A stretch of 57,003 nt of DNA, counting the filler, from Platydemus manokwari (taxonomy: Eukaryota), in NCBI GenBank assembly GCA_037951405.1. It is 6 parts of 6 records of this genome, joined end to end, with 100 filler letters (N's around TTAATTAATTAA, not from the genome) between each part and the next. Parts side by side here need not be neighbours in the genome. Positions count along the whole stretch, not along the records: positions 28,606 to 38,376 come from JBBMOY011207099.1; positions 38,477 to 47,830 come from JBBMOY011260207.1; positions 47,931 to 57,003 come from JBBMOY011303873.1; 3 more parts are not named here. One strand, 5' to 3'. Below the pieces are notes generated by a model that worked only from the letters and a program-made list of their open reading frames with translations, had not been told where the DNA came from and made no database searches. Below, piece after piece: positions 36,501-51,200 of the stretch. Position 1 is the first letter of the stretch. Every line of letters begins with the position of its first letter. A program made the position numbers and the translations under genes.

Positions 36501-38376
36501 GTTTATTTCATCTGTTATCATTGTTACGAGCATCGTTTATTTCGTGTTGTGATAATATCGATTGATATATCTGTTAGTTAATATTGTTTCGAAATGTATA
36601 ATTACCCATTTTGATGCCAAATCTATCACTTGTAGAACACAAGCTCAGTATTTATCATTTCTATATATGGTCAACTTTCTGGATATTTTATTGTATCAAT
36701 TGAATTTCTGATGTCCATTATTCTAGTCTGTGAAAGTTCGCTAATTATTTATAGACGAAAACCTCAACGATTCTTTTATTTAATATTTATGGTGGCATTC
36801 ATTGTATGGTTTGTTTATATTATTTTGCCCATGTTATCAGTTATAGTATTCCAGTATTAATATTGATTTCTATCAATTTGGTTAGTGTTTATCTGCGTTT
36901 TCATTAGTTCTCATAATCAGAAATGCTTAAAATTTTTTGTCTCATATCGCTTATTTTGTTAGTTATTTTTTAAGATTGTAAGCCGGTACCATTTTACAAA
37001 GCAAACATTGAAAATGAATTGAAAAGTCATTGTGAAATTTATTTAAAAATACTATAAATAATTAAAATTTTCATAAGATCAAAATTATTAAAAATTGAGC
37101 CAAAAGATATTTTTAAAAAAGATTTTTATTAAAAATTCTTGCTTAAAAATACTGCTAAATTCTCAGTTTTAAAATTTTTTAAATTAATAAAAGTAAAATT
37201 TAAATTAAAAAAAATAAAATGTAATATAAAAATGTAGTCATTTTCATTTAAATTAAAAATGAAGACAAATCAGATAGAAATACATTTTAAATTAAATATT
37301 TTATTTTTTTTCAAAAATTGATGTATTGACGAATAGGCTTTTTGCTCTGTTGTAAACAAGACTTTTGATTTGAATATTATAAACGAAGAAAATTAGGCAA
37401 CTAACAGTCACGACATTAAATTTTATTTAGACAAATTATATATAAAATCTGATGTAATTTTTAAATTTTTTTTATTCATTTTAAAATTCCAACCAATATA
37501 TTTTTAAATTGTCAGTAAAATATGAAATAACATTTTAAGGAATATAAAAGCGGTTTATTAATGTAACAGGATTTTAAAAAATATTTCAATTTATAACGTT
37601 ATTATCAAGAACATTGTGAAAGACTAACTTTATAGACTTTCTATCAATAGATTTTCATTTTATTCTTTACGTTTGTCTAGTCGTAGTTTTATTTGATTTC
37701 AGACTTAATAAAAAGTACGATTTCTTCCCTTAATTTATTGTTAATAAAATATTGTTGGATTTTGAAGTATAAAACTATCTAAACAATAATTTTTTCAGAT
37801 AATGTTTGAAAACCCTCTTTATCAAGGACATAATTTATGAATGCAATGATTTAACGAATGAACGTTTTCTAATGAAATTCAGACCATATTTACTAAAATA
37901 AATGTGTTACTGCACACTTTACATGGGATCAAAACACAAATTATAGTTAATAGTAAATAATGTTAAATAAAACAGGACCAAGTCATGCACAACATTGAGT
38001 TACAGGCTAAGAATCTACTACTCTCTGTTACTATATTACGTTTATATTTATGCGGTATTTACTACTTAATATACTGGTCCACTGTGGCACAGTAATTCAG
38101 ATATTCTACACACAACAATTATACTTTTACTAATGTTGCGACTTATAATCATAACTTATCATAACTCATTACATGATTTATGGTGATGTTATAGGTGGCC
38201 AAATACAATCTACTTATTTTTAAAGTTGCTTTTCAAGGTGTTTCTCTAAATAATACATTTTTATATCCTATTTTTGTATTTAAAACCAAAATGCTGACAT
38301 TTATTTTCCTAAAATATTTCCAATTTGCTGATTTGATTTATCGATCGATCAATTTAAATGAATGTTTCTATTTCAT

Positions 38377-38476
38377 NNNNNNNNNNNNNNNNNNNNNNNN
38401 NNNNNNNNNNNNNNNNNNNNTTAATTAATTAANNNNNNNNNNNNNNNNNNNNNNNNNNNNNNNNNNNNNNNNNNNN
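38377..38476. other. Artificial contig-joining linker
   Basis: 44 N + TTAATTAATTAA + 44 N. Confidence 0.97.
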
Positions 38477-39280
38477 TACGGCAGATATTTATTATTTAAA
38501 TCCTTCAAAATCATAATTATTCAGAATTTATTACTTTAAAATAATCAATAAAACCCTCTGGCCTGGTTTTGGTGTTGTTAAATTCACTGCCTTCTATACT
38601 AGATGATTAATGATTGAATTTCTGATATTCTTTGATGATTTGACCTTTTTCAATACCACCCGTTATAATTGAATACTAACAATCATCACATTTCTGTGTG
38701 TCACATGATCACGCTTTCTTCATTATTCTATTTTTTATATTGATTAAATCCACCATTTATCGATTTCTTCCAATAATAACTGAATTTATTTTTCAAAGAT
38801 TCGTTGATGGAAATATTATTAAATTAATTATACCTTTAAGATTATAATTTTTGTCATAATTTTTGTATACCTCATAGGATTTTACAAATGCTTATCAACT
38901 ATTGCGCACATTTTAAAACATGATGAGCTGCAATTGTGAATAGATTCTGAAACCTTTTCATCAACTGTTGGTCAATGAATTAATATTGAATATTGATTGA
39001 TTGACATTAAGATAAAAGTGTGCCAATGATATTCCAATTGATAAATATTTACACTCTTGAATTTTAAACCAACACAAAACTCGATAATGATTTTTATACA
39101 CCCGATCAATAAAGCAGTACATTCTGTCTTTTCTCTGTGCTTATGTGCACAGTTATTTTGCAAATACGATTTTGTGAAATTTATTTATTTATGATCTTAA
39201 TCATTTGGTCATGATTATAATCATTATCGCTAATATTATTATGCTACTATTTATATTATAATTATATAGAAATTATTCAG

Positions 39281-42200
39281 ATAATTATCAGTGATAAGGA
39301 AAGTGACAGCTTTTGGCAGCAAAATGATTATAAAACCTTTTCACCGAATATTGATTTTGATACTCTCGATTATACTTCAATGCCACCAATTATGGAATCA
39401 AATGTCCAATCAGCCATTTGTATGCCTCGAGATGGCCAATCAGTACGAAATGAAGGCTCTGTAAATGTTAAAGGGTTCGAATTATTATAATGAAAATAAC
39501 ACAAATATTCTCTCTCTCTCAATATATATATAACATTCCAAAATGTAATTTGCATAAAATCTGGTTCATTTTAACCGGACTATAAAATCGATTTCTGCTC
39601 ATTTGATTAATTTATGACATATTTGTATTTAAAATTGTTTCCAATGATAATTTACATTTACTGAGAAAATACGTATTCTTGTTGCATTATAATATATACT
39701 ATTGTCATGGAAACTGTTAAATCGATTTTCCATTATTTAGTTATGCGTGGAGTGGTGCTGGTCGAGGGATAATTCGTGTCGAATTGTCGACAGATAATGG
39801 TAACACCTGGATTCCAGCAACAATCACTGAATCTAAAGACACACCAGTGAGCAGCCATATCAACAGGAAGCAATGGTGTTGGACTTTGTGGGAGGCCGAC
39901 ATACCTGTAAAAGGTAATACTGGGATTTGTCTATTTTAATCATATTTGAATTGATATTTTATTGGTTTCGGGTTTTTATTGAGTATGTAATTAATTATTT
40001 AATTAATTACTTAATTATTTATTGATTTTTTTTAACAATTTGTTATTTAATTGATATTTTTAACAATGGGATATTTTTAGCTTTCTTACCGACATGTTTA
40101 TAATCGCTTTACCACAGTATTTACCTATATACATTATTCACTTTTGCTTTTTACAATTCTTTTTATCTTTAAAAAATGATGTTTCCGTGGCTATAATTAA
40201 GGTTTCAAAATTAATGAAATTACTTTTCTAAAGTTAGCCAGGCAATTCCCCTTTCACGAAATCTTATCGATTTTAAAAGCAACCAACTGTGATCAAAAGA
40301 AAAGTCTGGAGAAGAGTTGAGAGATTTTCTACTTGTGTAAAATTCCATTTAGGTGTTGATAATAAATGTAGCCTTTCTATGTATTTTTGCAATGAGAATT
40401 ATTGTTGAGAACGTACCAATATTAAAATACTTTTCAAATATAAAACCATGATTACCGAGTATACCCAGAAAAGAAGTGTCAATTCAAAGAATCGTCCATA
40501 AGAGTTGACCTGCAAATACAAAATAACCAGTCTAATACTATCTTCCTAATTTATATAAAATATCCAATGAATGAACAGAAAATATTTGAGTTTGTTTATA
40601 CCAAAAACATGGAAAAATGTGAGGAATTGAGCAAAAATCCTAATTAGGCAGACTCAATTGAATTGTATATATACATTGTGGATATACTCGGAACATGGCC
40701 AACAGGTAACAACACCGTATTAATTGAGCTTGCATTAAAAAGAGAGACGAAATCGCTATAAAATGCATTAAATCAAATTAAAAAATAAATTTATTTAAAT
40801 AGGAACTTCATCAAAGTCATCAAGTTCAAAAATAGCTAACAAATCCAATTAATATAGCGGACGGAATAATAACACAAACAACTAAACAACTTTTGGTAAA
40901 ATAGGCAGTGTGTCACTAAAAGTGAGTGAATGACGAGATTTTAAATCTCAATGTCAGTAAGCGGTTATAACAATCATTATCAAATTATGAATTCAATTAT
41001 TAATATCGCTACAATGATAAGAAAATAAAATGCAAAGACTGGTTTAACAAATCCACATTAATATCGTTCACACAATTCGTGGTAGTAAAAGATTTACCCG
41101 CAGCTAAATATTCTTCCCACTCGAAGTTTATTTTAAAGGTGTTTTTTTATTTGTGCCTTAGCTATTTATAACTGATAGTATGATTTTTTTGACACTTTAT
41201 ATAGTTTTTCTGATTAATTTTTGGCCATATTTACTGGACTTTTTTCTATATTTTTAGATTGTTTAGGTGGTTTTTTCGAAATCATCAACTTATAGTTTTG
41301 TATTTTTGTGTTGCTTTTCAAATTGATTTGACTTACATTTTATTATTATTGCTTATTATTTTTATCATTACAAAATAATAAATCTAACATAATGAGTCTA
41401 TCATTTCAATCGAAGTTAACCATCTGATTTCTCCACTCACTAAAAATAAATAACTAAATTGTTTATTATCAATTCAAAGACAAAAGCGATGTCAATCTTG
41501 GCTCAGATAATATTAATGATATCTCTGAATATTGAGCATAATTTTATAAATGGTTTACTGCTCGAATTACTTATCATTTCAACAACTACTGTCCCGGTAG
41601 ACAGCTTTCATAGTCTTTTCCAGTCATAAGTATTTCTCAATTCTCTCACTGATTTGAACATACAGCCATTTTATTTAACTTCATAATCTCGGACTACTTG
41701 GCAGTGATAACAAATTATATTATATCTTGATTCATGTTTACATCTGTTAGAAATAATGGAAAACATTTTTCAAACATTTACATATTCTAAATCAATGCAC
41801 CATTACGTTGAAAGTTGTGTATTACAGTTTTACGTAAATGTGCCTGTTTTTCTGTTTATATAAATATTTACACATGCTAATCTATAAGTCTTTAACAATA
41901 AAGGCGTCAATACTACCACCCAAGTCTCTACGTGAACGAAATAGAGAAAACTATCATTAAGTACGGTGAAAATTTAATGACGGAATAAAATATCTATTGG
42001 CTATGTGAAATATCTAATTAAATTTCATATCTTCATGTCATCCACATCAATCCTAAAAAGATATTTCTGTTGCAATTGACGAATGCAGGAAATTTTAAAA
42101 AAAACATGCAACCATAGGAAAGGTGATTATATTACCCCTTTCGAATTCTTTAAAGAAAACTAAATATTCGAGAATTTTCTTTGTACTACCTATTCAAATA

Positions 42201-42646
42201 TTGTCTGCAAATTTCTTTAATGTTCCAACACTTATCTCCGATTATATAATAAAAATCAAGTCTCTCTTTTATTCGTCCATGGCAAAAATCAATATGGAAA
42301 ATAATTTTCAGAATGATCGTATCAATTAACTAAGTATCAAGGATTAGCTTGACTAATTGGGTTTGATAATGAAAAGCTGACTGCCTGGATTTTTATTTAT
42401 AATACATAATTAAATTATGAATGTACTTATGGGTGTTCAATAAAGTAAATAAATGTATGCAACCGCACATCTATGATAGTTGATGTATTTTGATTTGCAG
42501 AAAACTGTCATGAGTTGGAGATTTTGTGCAAAGCTGTTGATTCGTCACAGAACACACAACCAGAATCATATAAAGGCACGTGGAATGTGAGGGGACTCAT
42601 GGCTAATGCATGGCATAGAATCAAGATCAAATTATACGATGAATAG
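39281..42646 (+). CDS. SUOX: Sulfite oxidase, 3' part (end of Moco domain + dimerisation domain); exons 39281-39474, 39741-39913, 42501-42646
   Basis: Phase-compatible exons give ESDSFWQQNDYKTFSPNIDFDTLDY...VQSAICMPRDG...VKG|YAWSGAGRGIIRVELSTDNGNTW...WCWTLW...|ELEILCKAVDSSQNTQPE...WNVRGLMANAWHRIKI*. Missed by the ORF track. 5' exons lie beyond the contig start. Alternative first acceptor at 39270. Confidence 0.93.
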
Positions 42647-45600
42647 ATGAAAATTAACTCTATATTTATTTTGAACTGGATGAAATTGTATTTCAATTGT
42701 GCATTTTTGTTCAATCGATCGATGTTTTGCAATATATATTTTTGTAATAACTTTGACACCGTTATTAATTACCATAACTGTTGTATTTAATTTTAATATT
42801 ATGAAAGAGCAAGACATCTCGGATTAAGCAGTATTAGACTGAATTAGATTGTTTTATTATTGTGGTGTATTAATCAAATGGCGCTCATACGTTTTAATAT
42901 TGATCTTTGAATTATTTTGATCTTTATACTATAATTTTTTAGTATTTTAATTTTACTTCTGTTATTGATTTTATTGATTAAATTAATATTATGAGAATGT
43001 TTTTTGAAAACTAATTAAACTACTGAGCTCCACAGGACTGTTGCTTCATGGTTTTGGTTTATATGAGACTTTACGTTGTCAATTTATTAAATGGCTAGAA
43101 TTAATAATCTGATGTGTTGAATTTTGATAATATGCGTACTGAATACTTTCGGTTTTAAAAAGTTGACTGGAATTTTCGTCAAACGGATTATTTGAATTAG
43201 TTTTCAATCAATTTGTTCTTGAATTAGTTTCTTAGGTTTTGGAAGTTTTGCTTTTTCAAATCTTGCTTTCCAAGAATTGTTATGAATTCATGTAATTATA
43301 AAATCAAGTTTTATACAAAATTATATTATTATTGAAATTTATTTGTACTTCATTATTCATGTAAAAGTACTCTCGTAGATCATAACAATTTGGATAAGTG
43401 TGGTAAGCTATTTTTAACTAAATAAGACTTTTAATTGAACTTAAAGAACTCTCGTGAAATGATTTGTTATTTTGAAATGATCAAATATATTATTTTTTAA
43501 CAAACATTTATCATAACCAAACAGTATTTTCTTCGTGAAATGCCAAAGAATTATTCAATATTGTATATTTCAGTGAATGAAATGGACATCTGTAGAATTT
43601 ATAAAATGTATTGAGGTTTGATACTTATCATAGGTGTGTTATATTATTGTGCTGTTCAATATATGATTTATTCTACTGTGGTTCTTTGAGCACTTCAATA
43701 GTAAGCATTAATGATTATACCACTGGAAATTAAAGACTGTCCAAAGAATATTTGATTAATGTAAAGTTGTAAGCAAATGATTGCCTTAAGGTTGAGTATT
43801 TGTAGATTTGATATAAAGACTAAATGAATTTTATTAATTGCAATAGTAACGATAGTTGGACGTCTCAAAGATGATGAAAATATATAGACTTGAACTTTTG
43901 GAGATTTTCAAATTTAATATTATTACAATCAATTATCGTCTACCTATTATAACAAGACAGTCTCTATTTCATTAAATATATTTACAAAACGAAGCAGTTA
44001 AAAACAAAACAAAATAAAAAAATTTACACAATGCCGGAAATGAAAACGGAGGAAGAAGATTAAAAGGAGAAGAATTTTGACAAAAATATTAATGGCAAAA
44101 CGTGTTTAAAATTTAGAACTTATTAAAATGATTGTTAAATTATGTTTGTATGGAAAACGGTATTAACAGTGAAACAAATCTCGCCCAATGTCTCGGCTCA
44201 AAGTTAAAATGCTTGCACGAAAACGTGAAAATTCGAATTGAGTAAAAATCGCCGTTTCACGAATGAATATCCATGGTTTCTTGATTTCAAATTTTGGTTA
44301 TTAAATTGTGGTGTTTTCATCTATGTGACAAGATATTTATATCCCTATTTTTGTGTGGGATATTACAAATAATTCTTAAATTCTGCTTATTCTTAACCTA
44401 GAGCATGAATTATCACGTTTTTTGGTTCAATTTCAATTACTATTGAAACTTTTCTTATATTTCGTAGATTTTCACATGTATTTTTATTATTAACTATTTT
44501 AATATTAAAATTTTATTTTTATTTCATCTTATTCTTATTATTGAGATTTGGCAACAATTCAAATTTGCCAATGATACGAGAGATAAAAAAAATTCTAACA
44601 TACTGACCTGTGAGCTGCTCTATCGAATGAAAATCGAAGCTGTGAGATATGAAGTGAACTCACACGATAAACATCTAAAGGGTATGGATTTCACGAACAT
44701 CTGCCAGTCTTCTGGTCGGTAACTTCTATTCTGAGACTTTTACGTATTTTTTCTGACAACCAGTCTTTGTGGTCTGATTTAACTATGGGGTACTGATTCC
44801 ACCTTCAATGATTATTTGTTGTTGTGTCTGGTGACAATTCGAATTTTGTAATGTATTGTGATTTATAATTACAATTTTTAGTATTCAGCGTCACTTAAGA
44901 CATTGTAACATTGTAGAACGCTTTTGATAATTAAAATATTTTTGTTTTAAAGTACTTTTCTATTTCAGTAACATTGTATCCATCACAATCATCTTCAAAT
45001 AATTTTTTTAAGTCAGTTTAACAAAATTGTTGAACTAACTCAGGTGTTTTGTATTTGTTGTTACAAAAAGAAGGTTGGTTTTAATTTTCGAATAAAGTTT
45101 TATCCAAGGTTATTATTTTTGACTGTGATAGGTGGTGGATATTTAAGAATATGTAACTTATGAATAACAATTGTGTGATAATGTATTGATTTTATCCTAA
45201 GGATTTCCTGGTTCTTAAACAGTGCTAGCTTTTCGTTTTCACTTGTAGTTTTTAGCAATCATTATTTGTAATTCTCAGTCAATTATTATTAGTTTCAGGC
45301 TTATATACAGGCATTTATTCTATCGTGCATAAAGTTTAAATTCTTTTTTAGATAAAAGTGCAAATTATTTTTTTTAATTGCAAGATAGTCAGTCATTCGT
45401 GTTACTTTTACAGTAAATAAAAGTCATTTTCTTTCTTGATTAAATAATCACTTTTTATTTTTAGATTCGTTTTGAATTTTTATTTATTATTTCTTTCATT
45501 GGTGATCAGTTTGACTATCGATTTATTATAGTTAAATGTTAAACTGTTAGAGATTTATTAGATGTTTCCAACAACAACTTATCTTAACAAATTACTAGGT

Positions 45601-47830
45601 TGCGTGTAAAATAAAAATAATCAATAACTCAATAAAATATAATAATATATTTTATATAATAATTTTTAAAAAATGTGTGAATCAAATAAAATTATCCAGA
45701 TAAAGCTATAGTGACCTGAAGAGAGTAAACAGTTTCCATAGGGAACTACGTGCTGCCATACTTCGACAAAAAACTAAATAAATGATTTTAAGGAATACAA
45801 TCTCTAACGACTTTGTAGTCAGTTGATTAAAAGTTTACAAACAATCTCCTGACTGAAATTGATGCAATTTTAAAGTAACAACACAAAAATTTACCTTAAT
45901 TATTAGGGTCAATCGATTCACTAACAATTAATGGAAATAATAAATCCCCGGTGGATGATTTAATAATCCACGAAGGACTTTTAGTTCAATGCAATTGTGT
46001 TTTGTGTTTGGTTTATATACTATTTTATTTGTGAGCGGATGACTAATTTATGAATTTTTAATGTTATTATCGTGATTTATAACGTTGACATGACTACCTA
46101 AATTTAAAATTTAAAATACCATGATTTCATCTCTGATTTGCATGATAACGTGATGATTAATATGATTGTTCATGCGCACAATGTAATTATGACTCTGATT
46201 ATTACTATGGTTATGTTTGTATATGCTTATTTCCAACAATTATATCAGATTATATGATATTTTTTCAATCGTAAACTGTAAAAATATAAAACTGTCTATC
46301 ATAACCGTACACATGGAAATAGTTTAGAAATACAATAATATCCTAGATAGATCTGAGATAATAAAATATAATTTTTTAATTATTTGGAATGTTCCTTAGG
46401 TTTCTTATTCGTCAAGGTAGGTCATCCAATGCTCCCAAATTTTATCTTGATTGGGTCCATAGTATGTTTTCGTATTTGTTCTCTAATGTGATTCATTCGA
46501 TTTTCGCTACTTTTTGGATCTCTTCATCTTCAAACAAGAACATAGTCATCACCTGATTGGTTACACACTACATGTTTTAAGCCATAATGTTTTGATTAAA
46601 TTTTGAATCGTTTGACCACTTCAGCATAGAAAACGCTTGGAATCACTTACCAATCTCCACAACTGGCAACATCGAGTTCCCTATGATATTAAAGTTATAA
46701 CACAAATAATATTGTTTAGTTTAGAACTACTCTAAATTAACAGCTCTGTCTTATTTGACTAATCGGACTTCTACTCAAATTTTTTACCTTTCAAATATTT
46801 TATTTTTAATGTCACATTTTAATGGTGATTTAATTTTATTTTGTGTAATTATCTTTTTTTAACATTATATGTTATCAAATTTGTATTTACTTGTTTAATC
46901 TTTATTTTGTCTTTCATTTTAATTTATTTGTCCCATGTTACTTATTTTTAAGCTCATCAGTATTTGTGATAGTCTTGGATTTAGATAGGTAAGTTATGTT
47001 ACAATAATATAAGCTAGTTGAATATGGATGACAAATCAAATATCGTATGAAAACAAAAGATTTTAGTATGCAGTATTTATTTATATCCTTAAGTAATATA
47101 ACTATGTTCTTCGGTATCTATAGGGTTTATATTTCAAATTTTGTAATCATTTTGTGTTTCACTAAGTCACTTATTGCATTTCAAAATTTGAAATAAATTG
47201 GAAAATACTTATTAACTTATATATTTTAATTAAGAATGTTTCAAGGAATTTCTTTTGTCTTGTTTATTATTTTTTAATAGAATTAATTATTAGCTGATAT
47301 TTTGTTGAGGTTGTGTATTTTTAAACTCTATTTTTGAAATAAGAACAATCGAATTTAGTTAATAGATCGAACCGAATATTTCATTGCTAGCTATAATTTC
47401 GACGAGTTTTCTTTGAAATACATACCGATAAGTGTAGAATTTTTCTAAAATATTCTAACTAAATTAGATCTTTATGAATTGCATTGTTTTTATATTCAAA
47501 GTAGTAACTTTGTTATTTTTAAGAAGATAGAAATAAATTGTAATAAATAATCTAAAAATATATTGACCTACAGCATTTAACTGTTTGGAAAAGGACCCAT
47601 ATACAAAGAACTTATATACAAGGATAGAATACTCCGATAGATTTCCAAACAAGGTGAACTCATGACATGACAAGTACTATATTAATAGCACAAGTACGAT
47701 CATGAAAATACAAATATCGATCTATTCTCTTTGTCTTTCGTGATTTTACCCAGATTGACATATTTCGGTTTATATTTTGTAATTTTTGATTTATTGACAA
47801 ATACATGCGTTAAGTATGTTACTAACAGCG

Positions 47831-47930
47831 NNNNNNNNNNNNNNNNNNNNNNNNNNNNNNNNNNNNNNNNNNNNTTAATTAATTAANNNNNNNNNNNNNN
47901 NNNNNNNNNNNNNNNNNNNNNNNNNNNNNN
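47831..47930. other. Artificial contig-joining linker
   Basis: 44 N + TTAATTAATTAA + 44 N. Confidence 0.97.
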
Positions 47931-48274
47931 AGCTCGATGGCAAAACGTTATTGATAATGACGGACTTTATTTTGAGGGATAGTTGTTGTTTTAAATAAAT
48001 TTATGTAGAAATTTTTATTTCCAATTTTGTCCGCGAACTTTATTTACAACCTAATATAATAAACATTGAAACTTGTATATTAAATTTATAAACTCAAAGA
48101 TATGAAGCTGAGCAACATAATTACAATATTAAAACAAAACAGCAATATCGTAACATATATTTTCAATAACATAAAAGATTTTCTGCAAATTTTAAATCAT
48201 TTTTAAGAAAAATAATAATCACAATTATAAACAAAATTTAAACAAAAATGTATTATTATTTTATCTTATAAGAG

Positions 48275-51200
48275 TCAAGTCGAAGAAATAATTTCCACTT
48301 CTCTCATTAAATTCAAACACAATTCTTCGTTCCAAGGAAGAGCTATACATTGCACACTAACAGAAAGTCCTTCAGTATTGCTTTGGCACTTAAATATTAA
48401 AGTTTGAAAAAATGCTAAAACAAAAACTAACCGAAGAAAGATTTCTTAGAGTGGGTGTAGACTTGAAAATGGGTTTACGTTGCATTTCTTGAATATCATT
48501 GCGATTAACTTTAGTAACCGGAATAGTTCCTGCAGGAAAATTTACCAGATTCCAAATAAACATATAGGTTAATAATGGACTGTACAAAAAATAATAATTT
48601 AAAGGCAAAGCAGTAAAGCCTCCGGCAGGACAAATAACCGCATCCAAATCATTTTTGGACCATTCATTTATGACCTCGATTCGAAAATTTTCTATTTCAG
48701 TTATCAAAGCAACACATTCCAAACCTCTTAGAGTTTCAGTACTGCATTGATGAAACAATTTTGCATCTTGATCAACAATCTAAAGATCAAAGCATGATTA
48801 TTTGTGGTATTTTTTAAAATAAAAATAGTCTATTATTGGTTGTTACGATATAATTTGTGTTTGTAATTTTATAAATTGAAAATCAGATGAAATATTTAAC
48901 ATAATTTGTAAAAGGCGTGCAGTGAGATTCTTTATATTTTATTCATGACAAATTATTTTTTTAGAATATCAACCAAAAGATTTCGAATAAAAATTTTAAT
49001 AAAACTACAACCAACTTATGATCACCCGGTGCTTTTTTATAAAATATCAATAAGCTTAGAGAAATCTTTATAATTCTTAAAAAATCTTTTGAAACCAATT
49101 TTTAAAAATATTTATTATTAATTAATATAAAAATAATTATAAATATAATTGTGTACATTTAATATAAAAATAATTTTTCATAAATTAAATAAATTAGTTA
49201 AACAGATTTCAGTAACCAACGATTAAAACATGTTTAAGGAATACACTAACTCTTATAAAGTTAAGAGCTGCTAAAATATATCTTCAGGTGCTCTAAAAAT
49301 CAATATTTATAAGTTGTTATAGATTTTTCAAAAAATTAGACATTATCATTACAAAATAAATAATAATAATTTTACCCAATCTGGTAACTTGTATTTCAAG
49401 CAGTTATATAAATAGCTGAAAATATTTGTATAAGTGTGAATAATGCCATAAGAAATAGCTTTATCGATTTGATCGTGCTCTATGATCATATTTAATTTTC
49501 TTCCACCATCAATTGACACTGATCGGAGATACAATTTCCACCAATCACGTCCAGTTTTTGGTGGTTTCCATTCAATTACCTATAAAAAATATCAGTTAAA
49601 ATAAAATTGATAATCAAATAATTACATTATGCCCTCGTTCTCTTAATTTCTTCACACATTCTTCAACTGCTCGACGCATAGCAGGTGCTACATGATAACT
49701 ATCATCATGGACGAAATAACCTATGTTAAGTTTCTTTTTATTATATTTCTAGAATAAAAAAAACTAATATAATTGAGTTCTCTTATGTATTTGACTTTTG
49801 CTGCAGATTTCAAAATTAAAAAAAAAGTCTTTAAAATACCTATATAATACTGCTTAATAAAAAACTTTCTGAATGAACAAAAATTAAAGAAATCAGATAT
49901 TTTTCGTATTTACAAAATTATGATAAAATTAACTGAATTTTTTCTAAAGATTTTGAACTTATTGATTTTTTTGGAATGTTTTATATAAAATTAGATCTGA
50001 AATTTAAGAAAATTAAAAATGAAGCACTAGATTAAACATCAATTTTTAAAAGATTATGAGTTTTTATGATATGCGGAACACACAGACACACAGACACACA
50101 GACACATATATATATAGTCGAAACACTAAAGACAATCATGTGAATTTAAATCCATGCATATTTAAGTCCCAGATTCTCATTTTCGATTTTAGTAATGTAA
50201 AATCTTTAAATAATTAAAATTTTTATTATTATTTTTTCCCAGAATTCCCAAACAAGTGTTTTTAAGAAAACAAAATGCTTATGATATTTAAAAATTGCAA
50301 ATAGAAAAATTAATAGATTCTTTAAAATTACATAACATATACAATTTCTAGGGATTGAAGCAAGTAAATATCGACATGTAAAATAATAAACCAATGAAAA
50401 ATTTTATTAAATATATTTGTATCTAAAATAGCAAATTTTCTGTGATTTAAAATTATTTCAAGGTACAGCTTTTGCCGTTTAATAAATAAATAAATTTGAA
50501 TAATAAAATATAAATTATCATAAAATAAGGAAAATAAATAAAATTGATATTTAAAAATTTGATTTAATAAAAAAATTCTTAGAAAACCTTTTCATTAAAT
50601 GGTAAAAAAGGAATTTGAGGGTCCAATTTTGACATGACTTCCGAATTTAGAATGCATTGCATTGTAAATGCACATGTTTTGACATCTGGACAGAATGGTC
50701 CTATATTTGAAGCCACTGAGATAAATCAATGTCATTTATATTTAGATTCTAAGTAAACATCGAACCTAGGGAATGAATACCTAGTCTAGTCACACCCTTG
50801 GTACTAAATAATAATCGAAATTAATATAAAATAATAAATAATATTACCTGATTCTGCCAACTGTAGGTTTTAAACTTACTACTCCACAAAACGCGGCCGG
50901 TATACGTACACTACCTCCAATATCAGTCCCGAATCCCAATAATGATCCTTTAGAACCCACAAGTGCTCCTTCACCACTGCTGCTACCACCAGCAATGAAA
51001 CTGATATTTTGTGGATTTTTAACAGTTCCATCGATAGGATTTGATGAAAGAATGCTTAAAAGTTTATTATCGTTTATTAAAATTTACTATTGTACTTATT
51101 ATTTCGTTAAATACTAAATCTGCCAGGGTTTTAATAAGAATAAACATTATAAATGGTAACCACTGCATAATCAAAGGTAACAAAATCGATAATAAAAGAT

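Noticed and set aside
31408-42646. Sulfur-metabolism cluster (SLC26 sulfate transporter next to sulfite oxidase)
   Set aside because: The genes are on different contigs separated by an artificial linker, and SUOX is 5'-truncated there.
9572-47886. Recurrent TTAATTAATTAA palindrome at ~9.5-kb spacing as a biological repeat
   Set aside because: Always centred in exactly 44+44 Ns; it is an assembly linker.
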